64,000 bases of DNA from Hypanus sabinus (Eukaryota), in contig NC_082731.1 of assembly GCF_030144855.1 (NCBI RefSeq), positions 29,450,001 through 29,514,000 of the forward strand, written 5' to 3'. Positions 1-11,459 of the stretch are shown piece by piece. The notes under the pieces were generated by a model, which did no database searches, had not been told where the DNA came from, and saw only the letters and a program-made list of their open reading frames with translations. Numbering within the stretch: position 1 is the first letter of the stretch; each line of letters opens with the position of its first letter. A program made the translations under genes and the position numbers.

Positions 1-968
1 CTCCCTCTCTTGATTATATCTCGTTGATTACTATATTCACACCTCCCATTGTTATGTTTCTTCATGAAAAACAATTTATTTTAAACCTTTGTGCTCAAAC
101 CTCAGTCTCAATATTATCACCTCCTCCCTCCTGCTCTTTCCTGCATTCCTCAACCATCCCACTTCTCTCTGGATACTATTTTGAGTTGAATTAAGGTTTG
201 TATTTTCCCACATACATTGTCTTTTCTTGCCTCTGAATGTAAATCTTGTAGGCTCCCGATTGTTGTGCTTGAATCAGACAATATTACAACTCTCATTGGT
301 CTCATTTCCTCCACCCACTGAAAAGCGAATAGTCCAGTTGTCATTTCAGCTGAGAAATCATTATCTATCCTCACCTGCTTTTTCATGTTAAAATCAGGCA
401 CCACCAATCCTACCCTAATCTACCATTAACATTCTTGAAGCATCTGTGCACATTTGTAAATATCCATAATAATTATTATTTACATACTATTCAACAATAC
501 CATGATTTAAAATCACTTCTTTATTTTTCCATCCCTTTTGGAATAATTTAGGATCCATCTCTGGTGCTTCACACAGTCATGGAGACAGCCCAGGAAAAGG
601 CTCTGTATCACTTGCTATTTATTACTAATTCCTGTCCCTTTCTGCTTTCCCTTCAATAGTCCATGCAAAACTTCAGAATTTCCTTTTCCCAGCATGGATC
701 TAAAAGCTGTTTACTTGGATGATGTTCTCCAGGCCCTGGTAGGTTTACCCAATATGTTAACACAAGCTGTGTTCTTCTCAGTATCAGAGGTGTCTCCCCC
801 AACTGCACCTTTGAATTATATCCAGTTTACTGAGCACACAGTGTGATGCTGATCCATATACCATACCTCCATAGGCTAGTACTGATCTTATTAATCCTGT
901 ATATATTGCTTTCTAGGATTTCCTATCAGCTTCCCATTCCTTTCCTATTAAACACCTCATAACATTCA
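1..968 (-). mobile_element. Nimb/I-clade non-LTR retrotransposon fragment (RT C-terminus + RNase H), degenerate
   Basis: Minus-strand ORF 150-407 reads SAEMTTGLFAFQWVEEMRPMRVVILSDS, an RNase H-type motif of I/Nimb LINEs. The DNA is visibly homologous to ~24973-25980. Confidence 0.7.
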
Positions 969-1110
969 TATAACATATATATAATGTCTACATTTAATTA
1001 ATAAAAAGAATGATAAAGAGAAGGAAGAATTTCTCAGCATCCTGCTACACACACCAGAGCCAGATATTGATGGAATGTTTCATAATCAATGTCTCCATCC
1101 CTTGTTTCAA

Positions 1111-1358
1111 CATATTAACCTAATTCTCCACACTCCATCCAATAAAACTGTGAATCCAGGAGCTTCTCCGTTGCACACACAATCTCCCTTCAATGCCCCA
1201 GCTGAAAGGCAGCACCTCTGTCCCTCGGTGCCCTGGAAAAGAACAGAACTCACTGTCGAGTCCAAATCCTTTGGTCTTCCCAGTGTTTGGCTGAAGGAAA
1301 CTTTTTGCATCCTGCAGTATTGCCCATCAGAGAGTGTGGAGTTGTTGGTACAAGTGCA
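1111..1358 (+). pseudogene. Candidate highly degenerate Ig C1-set constant-domain exon
   Basis: With frameshifts it reads C(1149)ESRSFSVAHTISLQ[C for W]...ALEKNRT-(fs)-TVESKSFGLPSVWLKETF-(fs)-ASC(1313)SIAHQ. Cys-Cys spacing is ~55 codons. A possible donor GCAG|GTGACA follows 1358. It contains stops and frameshifts. Confidence 0.45.
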
Positions 1359-2243
1359 GGTGACACAGAACTTGATATCGAGAATGTAAATGTTTTAATG
1401 TGATGTGAGCAAGAGAGCATTTTGAGAAAATATGCCAATGTAGGAAAATACAACACACCAGGAGTAGAAAACATAAACAGGTACCAGATTAATGCAAACC
1501 ATGAATACAATAGGATAGATTCCCCATGTCCATAACCTGGAGTGCATGTCTCAGCACATGATCAATCCAACTATTGACAGAGTCATTCCCAATGCCTTAT
1601 CTAAGGAATTCTATCACAGGAGCAACTTATCAATGAAATTCCATGGAGACAATTAATACAATATCATGACGTAACTACATAAAATAATAAACAGTAAAGC
1701 AGGCATGAAATATTATTAACGCTAAATTAATTTCATTGCAATTAAATTAAAAATCAATCTCAATCCCGTGGTATTGATCTTAAAAACAATACAGTGATGT
1801 ATTTGTCATGATACAACATATATACGGATGACTTTCTGTTATTCATTCTTGGGAAGTGAGTAGAACAACATTTCTTTCCCATCCCAACTACTCTCGAACC
1901 GGGCGGATTACTGAGCCATTTCACAGTGCGGTTACAGGTCAGTTACATTACTGTGGGCCTGGAGACATATACAGGCCAGACCAGGTAAAGTCAGCAGATT
2001 CCCTTCCCTGAAACGCGTCAGTCATGTGTTTGGACACCAATCCATCAAGCCAGTCACATACTTAATAAACTGACTTTGGACATCCCAGCTGCCGTGATGT
2101 GATCTGAACTCGCATATGAACATCACACACTCAGCTTCATGATTCAATTCTCAGTAACTTCACTCACTCAACGCCATATCTGTTGCTCAGCAACCAGACT
2201 CACACCCACTCTCAGATTTTAGCCAACTACAAAGGCAGGATGT

Positions 2244-2457
2244 TGTGGTGAATTATGTGCCTGTCGGGACACGCCCCCTGCTGACTGCTCCTGTGGCTCC
2301 TCCCACAGGCCCCTGTATAAAGGAGATCTGAGGCCTGACGCTCGGCCTCAGTCTCCAGGACATTGTATGATAGACACTCACTCCTGGTTCCTTCTTCCAG
2401 TCAATAAAAGCCGATATCTCGCCTTACGTCTCAGTGTGAGTTATTGATGGTGCATCA
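2244..2457 (+). mobile_element. Solo LTR (short, probably Gypsy-type)
   Basis: TG...CA termini, 5-bp TSD GATGT (2239-2243 / 2458-2462), TATAAA-like and AATAAA motifs. A related copy lies on the minus strand at 61416-61610. Confidence 0.85.
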
Positions 2458-2646
2458 GATGTGCAACAACTGAGGACCCTACCTTGCCACTGGCTTCTGC
2501 GATCCTCTGGGAATGTCGGTTCACGACCCTGGCCTGCCTCTCCTTCTTCCCCGCCATGAGAACGTGCTGCCAGTCCTCCAGTATATTTTACACTCTTCAC
2601 TGCTCACAGCAACAGCTTTGTCTTCTGCTTCCTGTTTGTGTCTCTG

Positions 2647-2647
<1 letters not shown>

Positions 2648-2677
<30 letters not shown>
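2648..2677. repeat. (CT)n microsatellite
   Basis: About 15 uninterrupted CT units. Confidence 0.95.
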
Positions 2678-2680
<3 letters not shown>

Positions 2681-3269
2681 AGCTAAGGGCTCTGCCAGCC
2701 TGTTTGTACACAGTGCAGGCAGCTTGTCAGAGCCAGCTTCTGACCTAGTGCACTGTGGGGTGGGAGGGAGAAATGAGGCAGCAAATTGTAGGTCTGAAAA
2801 GACTGAAATGAGCTTAGAGAAGGTGGAAAGAGAGAGAGAGAAAGGTCAGGTAGAGAGAGAGATGCAAGGAAGGGAATGGAGGGAGAGATCACAGGGTAAA
2901 AGGGACAGACCTCCAAGACCAGTGTACTGGACTAATGTACAAATACAAGCCATGTTCCTCACTGTGTTTTGGCACTGGGAATCTCCCCCACTATGTGAAT
3001 GTGTATGTCTCCAAAACCGTATCCAATTACACTTTCACACAACACTGAATAAGGGGGCATTTCCCTAGACATGGACTGAGAATTGTTCCTTTGAATTTTA
3101 TCCTGGGTCTTTGTCCAATGATTGTTGATACCTGGATGAAGGAGTCCTCTCATTGATGGGAATGGTTCCCATATTCCTGAGTATTAAATGGCAGCTGACA
3201 CTAAAATAGATAGTGTTGTAGGGAGTGGACATATTGTACATTGCTGCAACCTTGCACATGGAGCAGGAA

Positions 3270-3507
3270 CACACACAAAATGCTGGTGGAACGCAGCAGG
3301 CCAGACAGCATCTATAGGAAGAAGAACAGTCAACGTTTCTGGCTGAGACTCTTCATGAGTCCTGACGAAGGGTCTTGGCCGAAAACGTCGACTCTACTTC
3401 TGACTATAGATGCCGCCTGGCCTGCTGCGTTCCACCAGCATTTTGTGTGTGTTGCTTGAATTTCCAGCATCTGCAGATTTCCTCATGTTTGCATTTTTAA
3501 ACTCACA
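3270..3507. mobile_element. Fold-back non-autonomous element made of two inverted Penelope pseudo-LTR ends, with degenerate hammerhead ribozyme motif
   Basis: Inverted repeat 3268-3453 centred near 3360. Motif GAGTC-CTGACGA-AGGGTCTTGGCC-GAAAACGTC-GACTC at 3357-3394. Direct repeat GGAGCAGGAA at 3260-3269 and 3508-3517. The arm sequence matches the terminus of the Penelope fragment at 17398-17540. Confidence 0.7.
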
Positions 3508-3776
3508 GGAGCAGGAATTCAGTTCATTGGACCTTTTGGACATTTTCTGGGACTGACAGGATATGTACGAATAATTTTGCACCTTTAAGAAGGGCTGCAA
3601 ATAAAATTAAATGCTGAGAACTATAGACTGGTAAACCCAATAACTTTGTAGTAAGTTAATATAATAGAGCAAATATTGGTGGGAAATTAGATTGGGAAGA
3701 TTTTAAAAACCACCAGAAGGCAACAAAACAAGTTTTAAAGAAGCAAAAGATGGAACACAAAAGTCTTAAAGAGGAT

Positions 3777-4449
3777 TGTGCTGTCTTTACGACAGTTATT
3801 TAGTTTATAATATTTTTGCTTAGTAATTCATTCGATAGTATTTTCTAGTTAGAATTAGAAGTGTTTAAAGTATATTCATTGCATGTAAAATATATCGGCA
3901 TGCGATGATGTCACATCCGGTTTCGCCGCGTCTTGTGGGAAAATACCGGTTTGAAATTAGCGCGAGGGTGGGGGCTCACCACGAGGCACACCTGAGCAGA
4001 AGTTGTTTTGCAGGCATGTGAAATCACAGTGAGAGCAATGCTGTAAGTTAATAGATAATCGATATATTGAACTAAGATGTTAATGCCGATCCTGTTAGAA
4101 GTAACGACAGTCGATAACGTTTATGCTTTCGTTAGTTAAAGAGTCACGGATAGTTTGCATGGAAGTGTATTTAAAGTAGTCAATGGAGCAGGTGAACTCT
4201 GCCTGTATACTGCACCTTAGTGTAATGCGGTTATAGTCACCTTTGCAAGTATTTACAATTGAAATGTGATATTAAGGAAGGAACAAATACTGTATCAATC
4301 TTGTATTGTTTTAGCAACAGTTTTCACCATATGTTAATGTGAAGAGTGAACAGTAAATGGTTAATCTTACTGCGATCTGGTTCTTATTAACTGTGGTTTA
4401 TCTCGACATTTAATTCGGCGTTTCGTGACACGCGAAGGAGAACTTTACA
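3777..4449 (+). repeat. 5' LTR of BEL copy 1 (673 bp)
   Basis: TGTGCTGTC...TTACA. Differs from the 3' LTR by about 10 substitutions (counted by eye) and one 19-bp indel. Confidence 0.95.
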
Positions 4450-4487
4450 GTGAAAAAGCGGCATTATCAGGTGTTTCAAGTGCTGCA

Positions 4488-7400
4488 ATGTCAGCTCGAT
4501 CCAGCATCAAGTTGACGCCGCCCAGCGACAAGGGCGGTAAACCGACATCAAGTAAGTCCACCCAGGCAAGAGTCAAGGCAGAAGCCGCCAAGGTGCAACT
4601 GCGTTACGCCAGACAAGAAGCAGTTTTGAAAATGAAACTGGCCACCAGAGAAGCCGAAATCCAGAAAGAAAAGGCTGCCAGAGAAGCCGAAAGGGCCGCC
4701 AGAGAAGCCGAAATCCAGAAAGAAAAGGCTGCCAGAGAAGCCGAAATCCAGAAAGAAAGGGCCGCCAGACAGAGAGAAGAGGCTGCCAGAGAAGCCGAAA
4801 TCCAGAAAGAAAGGGCCGCCAGACAAAGAGAAGAGGCTGCCAGAGAAGCCGAAATCCAGAAAGAAAGGGCCGCCAGACAGAGAGAAGAGGCTGCCTGAGA
4901 AGCCGAAATCCAGGAAGAAAGGGCCGCCAGACAGAGAGAAGAGGCTACCAGAGAAGCCGAAATCCAGAAAGAAAGGGCCGCCAGAGAAGCCGAAAAGGCC
5001 ACCAGAGAAGCCGAAACCCAGTTGGAAATGGCAAAAATATCGACAGAGTTGCAAGTGCTGCAGCTAGAAAGAGAAGAAGAAGCTGCCATGGCGGAAGCAA
5101 AGTACATAGAAGAACCTGAAGGGTCGCGTGATCTGACCGAAGTAAGATCTACTTTAGAAAGGACCAGACTGGAACGCACAAGCGACTATGTACAATATCA
5201 AATAGACAGGCAGGCTCGTCTCCCCTCTCCATACGTATTCGATAACTTCCCCAGCTACGAGGAACATCAGAGAGTCACGATTGCATCACATCCATACGAG
5301 GAAGAAAATTTACCCTCGCGGCTCCGTGATGAAGTCAAGAATGAAAGAGCTGACAACCGATATTCTTTTACACCAAACTTACAAAGTTCGATGCGAAGAG
5401 ACGTGGAGGTCGAATCCAGGATAGCAAATTCCATGAGAAACGTGCGCTCTCAGTCATATAGGCGCCAACGTACTTCTCCAGCCCGCATGCAGCTTACAGC
5501 CGATCCCAAGCTGCAGTATTTAGCACGACGGGATCTCGTCACTTCGGGATTGTACCAGTTTGACGATAAACCCGAAAATTACCGTGCATGGTACTCCACA
5601 TTCACCAACGTGATCGACGGAGTCCAGCTCAGTGCAACCCAAAGGTTGGACCTTATGGCGAAATGGCTGGGGAAAGAATCACGCGACCAGGTGAGACGCA
5701 TACGTTCAGTGTACATCAACAAACCCGAGCTAGCCTTAAGCAAAGCGTGGGAGAGACTTTGGGAGAGATATGGGGCCCCCGACATTATTGAAGCGGCGCT
5801 ATATCGACATCTGGAAAACTTTCCTAAGGTGTCAGCCAAAGATCACTTTAAGTTAAGAGAATTTGGAGATTTACTCATGGAGATCCAAGGCGCCAAAGAA
5901 GATGGCTACTCAGCTGGTCTAGTATACCTAGATACTCCATCCGGGATTAGACAAATCGTGGACAAACTTCCATTTGGGCTGCAGGACAGGTGGCTGACTG
6001 TTGCCTCAGAGTACAAGGAAGACCACGGTGGTCGATTTCCTCCCTTTAAGCACCTCACTGAGTTTGTGCGCAAGGAGGCGAAGAGGCGAAATGACCCTAG
6101 CCTCGTGGGTCCAGGAAGCAGTTCGATTTACACCAAGCCAGGTAGATCCTCTTCGAATGTTTTCAACATTGATAAACCCGTGTCAGTGCTCAAGACTGAA
6201 GCCCTTACAACTAACAACGACCCTGGCAAGTATTGTCCATTGCATAACAAACCTCACCCCCTGAAAGCATGCAGAATGTTTAGGGAAAAACCCCTTGAAG
6301 AGAGGACGGCTCTTCTCAAGGAGAAAAGAATATGTTTTAGATGCTGTTCCTCAACCTCTCACCTCGCCAGAGAGTGTACGATCGCCGTGAAGTGTCCGGA
6401 ATGTGATAGCCCAGATCACGTCGGGGCCATGAATCCCGACCTGTCACTGCAAACCGACAGCGCTCCTTCACCCCCACAACAGGACGGCGGGGAGGGAGAG
6501 GCTCACTCTAGGTCAACAGCTGTCAGCACGAACTGTACAGAAGTTTGCGGTCAAGCTCAGTCAAGTCGTTCTTGTTCCAAGATCTGCCTCACTAAGGTGT
6601 ACCCTAAAGGAGCCAAAGACAAGGCCATCAAAGCCTATGTGATTCTGGACGATCAGAGCAATCGTTCACTAGTCAGTCCAGAGTTCTTTAAATTGTTCAA
6701 CATTGAGAGTGAGCGGTTCCCATACTACCTCAAAACTTGCTCAGGCAACATGGAAACCCAAGGAAGGAAGGCAGAAGGCATCCAGATCGAGTCCCTGGAT
6801 GGTAAAGTCGTCATCTGTCTCCCTCCGCTCTTAGAGTGCAATGAAATCATGAATAACCGCGCTGAGATCCCGACACCAAGTGCGGTGCTACACCAGCCGC
6901 ATCTCCACCACATCGCCAAACACATCCCAGAACTGGATCCGAAAGCGGAAATACTCCTGCTATTAGGAAGAGATGTTATCCAGGTACACAAGGTTAGGCA
7001 GCAGGTCAATGGACCACTCGACGCCCCCTTCGCGCAACGTCTGGATCTGGGCTGGGTGGTGATAGGAGAGGTGTGTCTCGGTGACGTACACAAACCGACG
7101 GTCGACACACTCAAGACCAATGTGCTAGAGAGTGGCCGCCATTCGATTTTTCAACCCTGCACAAGTTCCATGTATATCAAGGAAGCACAACAAGACATTA
7201 CCAAGCGTAAAGTAACCGATGAGATGCTAGGTCAGTCAGTTTTCGTTCAAACCGAGCACGGAAACAAACTTGCACAATCAGCTCAAGATACCATTTCTTT
7301 AAAACCCAAAGACACCAAGGTCTTCAGAGATGAAGCAAATAATGGGGTTGCCCCATTGCCTTTCAGAGAACCACGCCAGCGCTCACCAGATAACAAAGAG

Positions 7401-7964
7401 CAGGCAGTCAAACGGTTCACGTCCTTACGGAAAACCCGGAAAAGGAAACCTGAGATGCAGCAACACACCCGATTGGCCCACGAGGTACTGTGCACCCTAA
7501 TGGCAGAGGTCACAGCCATTATAAACGCACAATCATTCCTACCTGTGTCTTCTGACCCAGAAAACCCCTTTATACTTTTGCCATCAATGCTCCTTACGGA
7601 GAAGGCAGGAGCACCTCCTCCACCAGGAGACTTCTCAGACAAGGATTTGTACACAAAGCAATGGAGACAAGTCCAGGCTCTGGCAAATCAGTTCTGGCCT
7701 CGCTGGAGACAAAAATATCTACCTTTGTTGCAACAGAGACAAAAGTGGACAGAACCCCACAGGAATCTTCAAGTTGGAGACTTAGTCCTGCTCACGGACA
7801 AGCAAGCCACCCGCAACAGCTGGCCAACGGCCAGAATCACTGCTACATTCCCTAGCGAGGATGGACATGTCAGGAAGATCGAATTGAAGACTACCGACCA
7901 AGGCGATGTGAAAATTTACCAAAGGCCAGTTACAGAAGTTATTCTACTTCTACCCAATGACTGA
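4488..7964 (+). CDS. BEL Gag-protease-DUF5641-like fusion ORF, one premature stop at 4896-4898
   Basis: ATG at 4488 is in frame with the 980-aa ORF 5022-7964. Coiled-coil N-terminus, Gag core (FDDKPENYRAW), Cys/His knuckles (CPLHNKPH, CFRCCSSTSHLAREC, CPECDSPDH), protease motif ILDDQSNRSL, and C-terminal FWPRWRQKYLPLLQQRQKW...GDLVLL. No RT catalytic motif. Confidence 0.85.
4640..5015 (+). repeat. Coding minisatellite in gag (33-bp AREAEIQKEKA and 54-bp AREAEIQKERAARQREEA units)
   Basis: Direct tandem units GCCAGAGAAGCCGAAATCCAGAAAGAAAGG..., including four consecutive 54-bp copies. Confidence 0.9.
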
Positions 7965-8021
7965 TTAAGAGACTAAGTTTGTACTCTGCTCATTGTGACC
8001 TTACGAAGGTCAAGCGGGGAG

Positions 8022-8675
8022 TGTGCTGTCTTTACGACAGTTATTTAGTTTATAATATTTTTGCTTAGTAATTCATTCGATAGTATTTTCTAGTTAGAAT
8101 TAGAAGTGTTTAAAGTATATTCATTGCATGTAAAATATATCGGCATGCGATGACGTCACATCCGGTTTCGCCGCGTCTTGTGGGAAAATACCGGTTTGAA
8201 ATTAGCGCGAGGCTCACCTGAGCAGAAGTTGTTTTGCAGGCATGAGAAATCACAGTGAGAGCAACGCTGTAAGTTAATAGATAATCGATATATTGAACTA
8301 AGATGTTAATGCCGATCCTGTTAGAAGTAACAACAGTCGATAACGTTTATGCTTTCGTTAGTTAAAGAGTCGCGGATAGTTTGCATGGAAGTGTATTTAA
8401 AGTAGTCAATGGAGCAGGTGAACTCTGCCTGTATACTGCACCTTAGTGTAATGTGGTTATAGTCACCTTTGCAAGTATTTACAATTGAAATGTGATATTA
8501 AGGAAGGAACAAATACTGTATCAATCTTGTATTGTTTTATCAACAGTTTTCACCATATGTTAATGTGAAGAGTGAACAGTAAATGGTTAATCTTACTGCG
8601 ATCTGGTTCTTATTAACTGTGGTTTATCTCGACGTTTAATTCGGTGTTTCGTGACACGCGAAGGAGAACGTTACA
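8022..8675 (+). repeat. 3' LTR of BEL copy 1 (654 bp)
   Basis: Near-identical to 3777-4449 except for a 19-bp deletion. Confidence 0.95.
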
Positions 8676-8679
8676 AGGA

Positions 8680-9330
8680 TACTAAAAGTTTCTTCAGACA
8701 CAAAATGTAAAGGACAGGTGAGAGTGGATATCAGACCACCGGAAAACAATGCTGGAGAGGTCGTAATGGGGACAAGGAAATGGTCGATAAACTGTATAAC
8801 AATTCTGCATCAGGCTTCACAGTGGAAGACACTAGCAGTATGCTGGAAGTTCAAGAGAGTCAGGGGGCAGAACGGGGAGATGCTGCCATTACTAGGGAGA
8901 AGGTTCTTGAGGAACTGAATGGTCTGAAGGTAGATACGTCACCTCATCCAGATGCTGTACATTGTTCCATTGTTTAAAAAGGGTTCTAAGAGCAAACCTA
9001 GCAAATATCGGCCTGTAAGTTTGATGTCAGTGGTGAGTAAATTAATGGGAAGTATTCTTAGAGATGGTATATATAATTGTCTGGATAGACAGGGTCTTAT
9101 TAGCATCAGTCAATGGATTTGTGCATGGAAGGTCGTGTTTGACAAATCTTATTGAATTTTCTGAAGAGGTTACGAGGAAAGTTGCTGAGAGTAAAGCAAA
9201 AGATGTTGTCTATATGGACCTTAGTGAGGCCTTTGACAAGGTTCCACATGGAAAGTTAGTTAGGAAGGTTCAATCATTAGGTATTAATACTGAAGTAGTA
9301 AAATGGATTCAACAGTGGCTGGGTGCCTCT
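8680..9330 (+). mobile_element. CR1 LINE RT fragment
   Basis: KGSKSKPSKYRPVSLMSVV, GRSCLTNLIEFSEEVT and VVYMDLSEAFDKVPH motifs. Confidence 0.85.
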
Positions 9331-10560
9331 GCACTTCTTGGCTCTGCACTCCCTAGTAGTCTGCCCAGATCAATAGCTTATCCTCTTGTTAGACACACTT
9401 TGCATACATGGGCTCAGATCAGGAAATGCTATGGTTTCTTGGGGTTTTCCATTTCCAGCCCTGTTGCTCATAATCACCTTTTTTTACCTACTACATACGA
9501 TTCAGCATTCCAGGTTTGGTATAGGAAGGGCATTAGACATTTTGAAGATCTTTTTATTGATAATCGCTTCGCTTCTTTTCAGCAGCTCTCTGTTAAGTTC
9601 AATCTGCCCAATGGTCATTTTTTCAGATATCTCCAAATCTGACACTTTATTGCTCCTTTAATTCCTAACTTTCCTGAAATGCCTGCGAAAAATGCTATGG
9701 ACCTATTTCTTTCCATGAATCCACAAGGTAAAGGCTTAATATCAATCATCCGAGATAAACTAGCAGTCTTACAACAGGCCCCCATGGATAAAATCAAAAT
9801 GGCCTGGGAGCAGGATTTAAATATCTCCTTATCTGAGGAGAGCTGGGATTCAGTTCTCAAATCAGTTAACTCAACCTCTCTTTGTGCTCGCCCCTGCCTT
9901 TTACAGTTTAAGATTGTTCATAGAGCCCATATGTCTAAATCTAAACTATCTCGATTCTACCCTAGCGTTAGTCCGCTCTGTGATAAATGCAAGATAAATG
10001 TGATAAATCTCATCCATATGTACTGGTTCTGTCCTAGCTTGGAGAAATTCTGGAAAGATGTCTTCACTACATTATCGTGTATTCTGAATCAGCACCTAGA
10101 ACCAAACCCCTTAATTGCTCTGTTCGGTTTTTGGGGAGAGACCAAATGCCGAATATTATCCTTTGCCTCTCTCCTGTCTAGACGCTTGATCCTTCTCAGA
10201 TGGAGAGATGTTGCTCCGCCCACTCATGCTCAATGGCTTAACGACATCATGGCCTGCTTGGACCTCGAAAAAATTCATTATTCAGTTCTCAATTCGGATC
10301 TAAAGTTCCATAAGGTCTGAGGACCTTTTATCGAGTACTTTCATAACCTTCCTCTTGACTAGGGTTTTTTTCTTTTCAGTCCCTTGCTTTCAGCTCCTTT
10401 TTTGTTCTGGTAGAAGGCATTATTATCCTCTGTTGCTGAGTGTATTCACAGTCTGGGAGTTTGGCTGTCCTGACTTATACTCCCTATATTGTGTTGTGGT
10501 TGGTCTGGAGTTGCTGTTGTTTTTTCTTGTGTTGTGGGGCTTGGGGAGGACACTAAGCTT
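9330..10560 (+). mobile_element. L1/Tx1-type LINE 3' fragment
   Basis: LLQFKIVHRAH...SPLCDKCK...HMYWFCPSLEKFW (C-terminal zinc-binding region), followed by a T-rich 3' UTR. Confidence 0.8.
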
Positions 10561-10567
10561 ACTTGTA

Positions 10568-11455
10568 TAACCATATAACCATATAACAATCACAGCACGG
10601 AAACAGGCCATCTTGGCCCTCCTAGTCTGTGCCGAACCCTTAATCTCACCTAGTCCCAACTAACCACACTCAGCCCATAACCCTCCACTCCTTTCCTGTC
10701 CATATACCTATCCAATTTTACCTTAAGTGACACAACTGAACTGGCCTCTACTACTTCTCCAGGAAGCTCATTCCACACAGCTATCACTCTTTGAGTAAAG
10801 AAATACCCCCCTCGTGTTTCCCTTAAACTTCTGCCCCCTAACTCTCAAATCATGTCCTCTAGTTTGAATCTCCCCTACTCTCAATGGAAACAGCCTGTTC
10901 ACATCAACTCTATCTATCCCTCTCAAAATTTTAAATACCTCGATCAAATCCCCCCCTCAACCTTCTACGCTCCAATGAATAGAGACCTAACTTGTTCAAC
11001 CTTTCTCTGTAACTTAATTGCTGAAACCCAGGTAACATCCTAGTAAATCGTCTCTGCACTCTCTCTAATTTATTGATATCTTTCCTATAATTCGGTGACC
11101 AGAACTGCACACAATATTCCAAATTTGGCCTTACCAATGCCTTGTACAACTTTAGCATTACATCCCAACTTCTGTACTCAATGCTTTGATTTATAAAGGC
11201 CAGCGTTCCAAAAGCCCTCTTCACCACCCTATCTACATGAGACTCCACTTTCAGGGAACTATGCACAGTTATTCCTAGATCTCTCTGTTCCTCTGCATTC
11301 CTCAATGCCCTACCATTTACCCTGTATGTTCTATTTGGATTATTCCTGCCAAAATGTAGAACCTCACACTTCTCAGTATTAAACTCCATCTGCCAACGCT
11401 CAGCCCATTCTTCTAACTGGCATAAATCTCCCTGCAAGCTTTGAAAACCCACCTC
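10568..11455 (-). mobile_element. CR1 LINE 3' fragment
   Basis: ORF 10931-11452 reads LQGDLCQLEEWAERWQMEFNTEKCEVLHFG...LEYCVQFWSPNY. The tail ends in repeated GGTTATAT (AACCATAT on the plus strand). Confidence 0.9.
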
Positions 11456-11459
11456 ATGT

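Larger units (their letters stand above)
3777..8675 (+). mobile_element. BEL/Pao LTR retrotransposon, non-autonomous (RT/RNase H/IN core deleted), copy 1
   Basis: LTRs 3777-4449 and 8022-8675 with TG...CA ends, 5-bp TSD AGGAT (3772-3776 / 8676-8680), PPT-like AAGCGGGGAG before the 3' LTR. It is inserted into an old CR1 fragment. Confidence 0.95.

Noticed and set aside
1040-1340. Minus-strand MGNTAGC... and DGDIDYETF (myristoylation/EF-hand-like) reading
   Set aside because: Three stops, only a 21-nt pseudo-intron, and the plus-strand Ig reading explains the region better.
2484-3068. 194-aa ORF
   Set aside because: Built from (CT)n and purine-rich low-complexity sequence, with no recognisable domain.
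4548-5179. Long antisense ORFs (168 and 191 aa) with periodic hydrophobic sequence
   Set aside because: They are shadows of the gag tandem repeat on the opposite strand.
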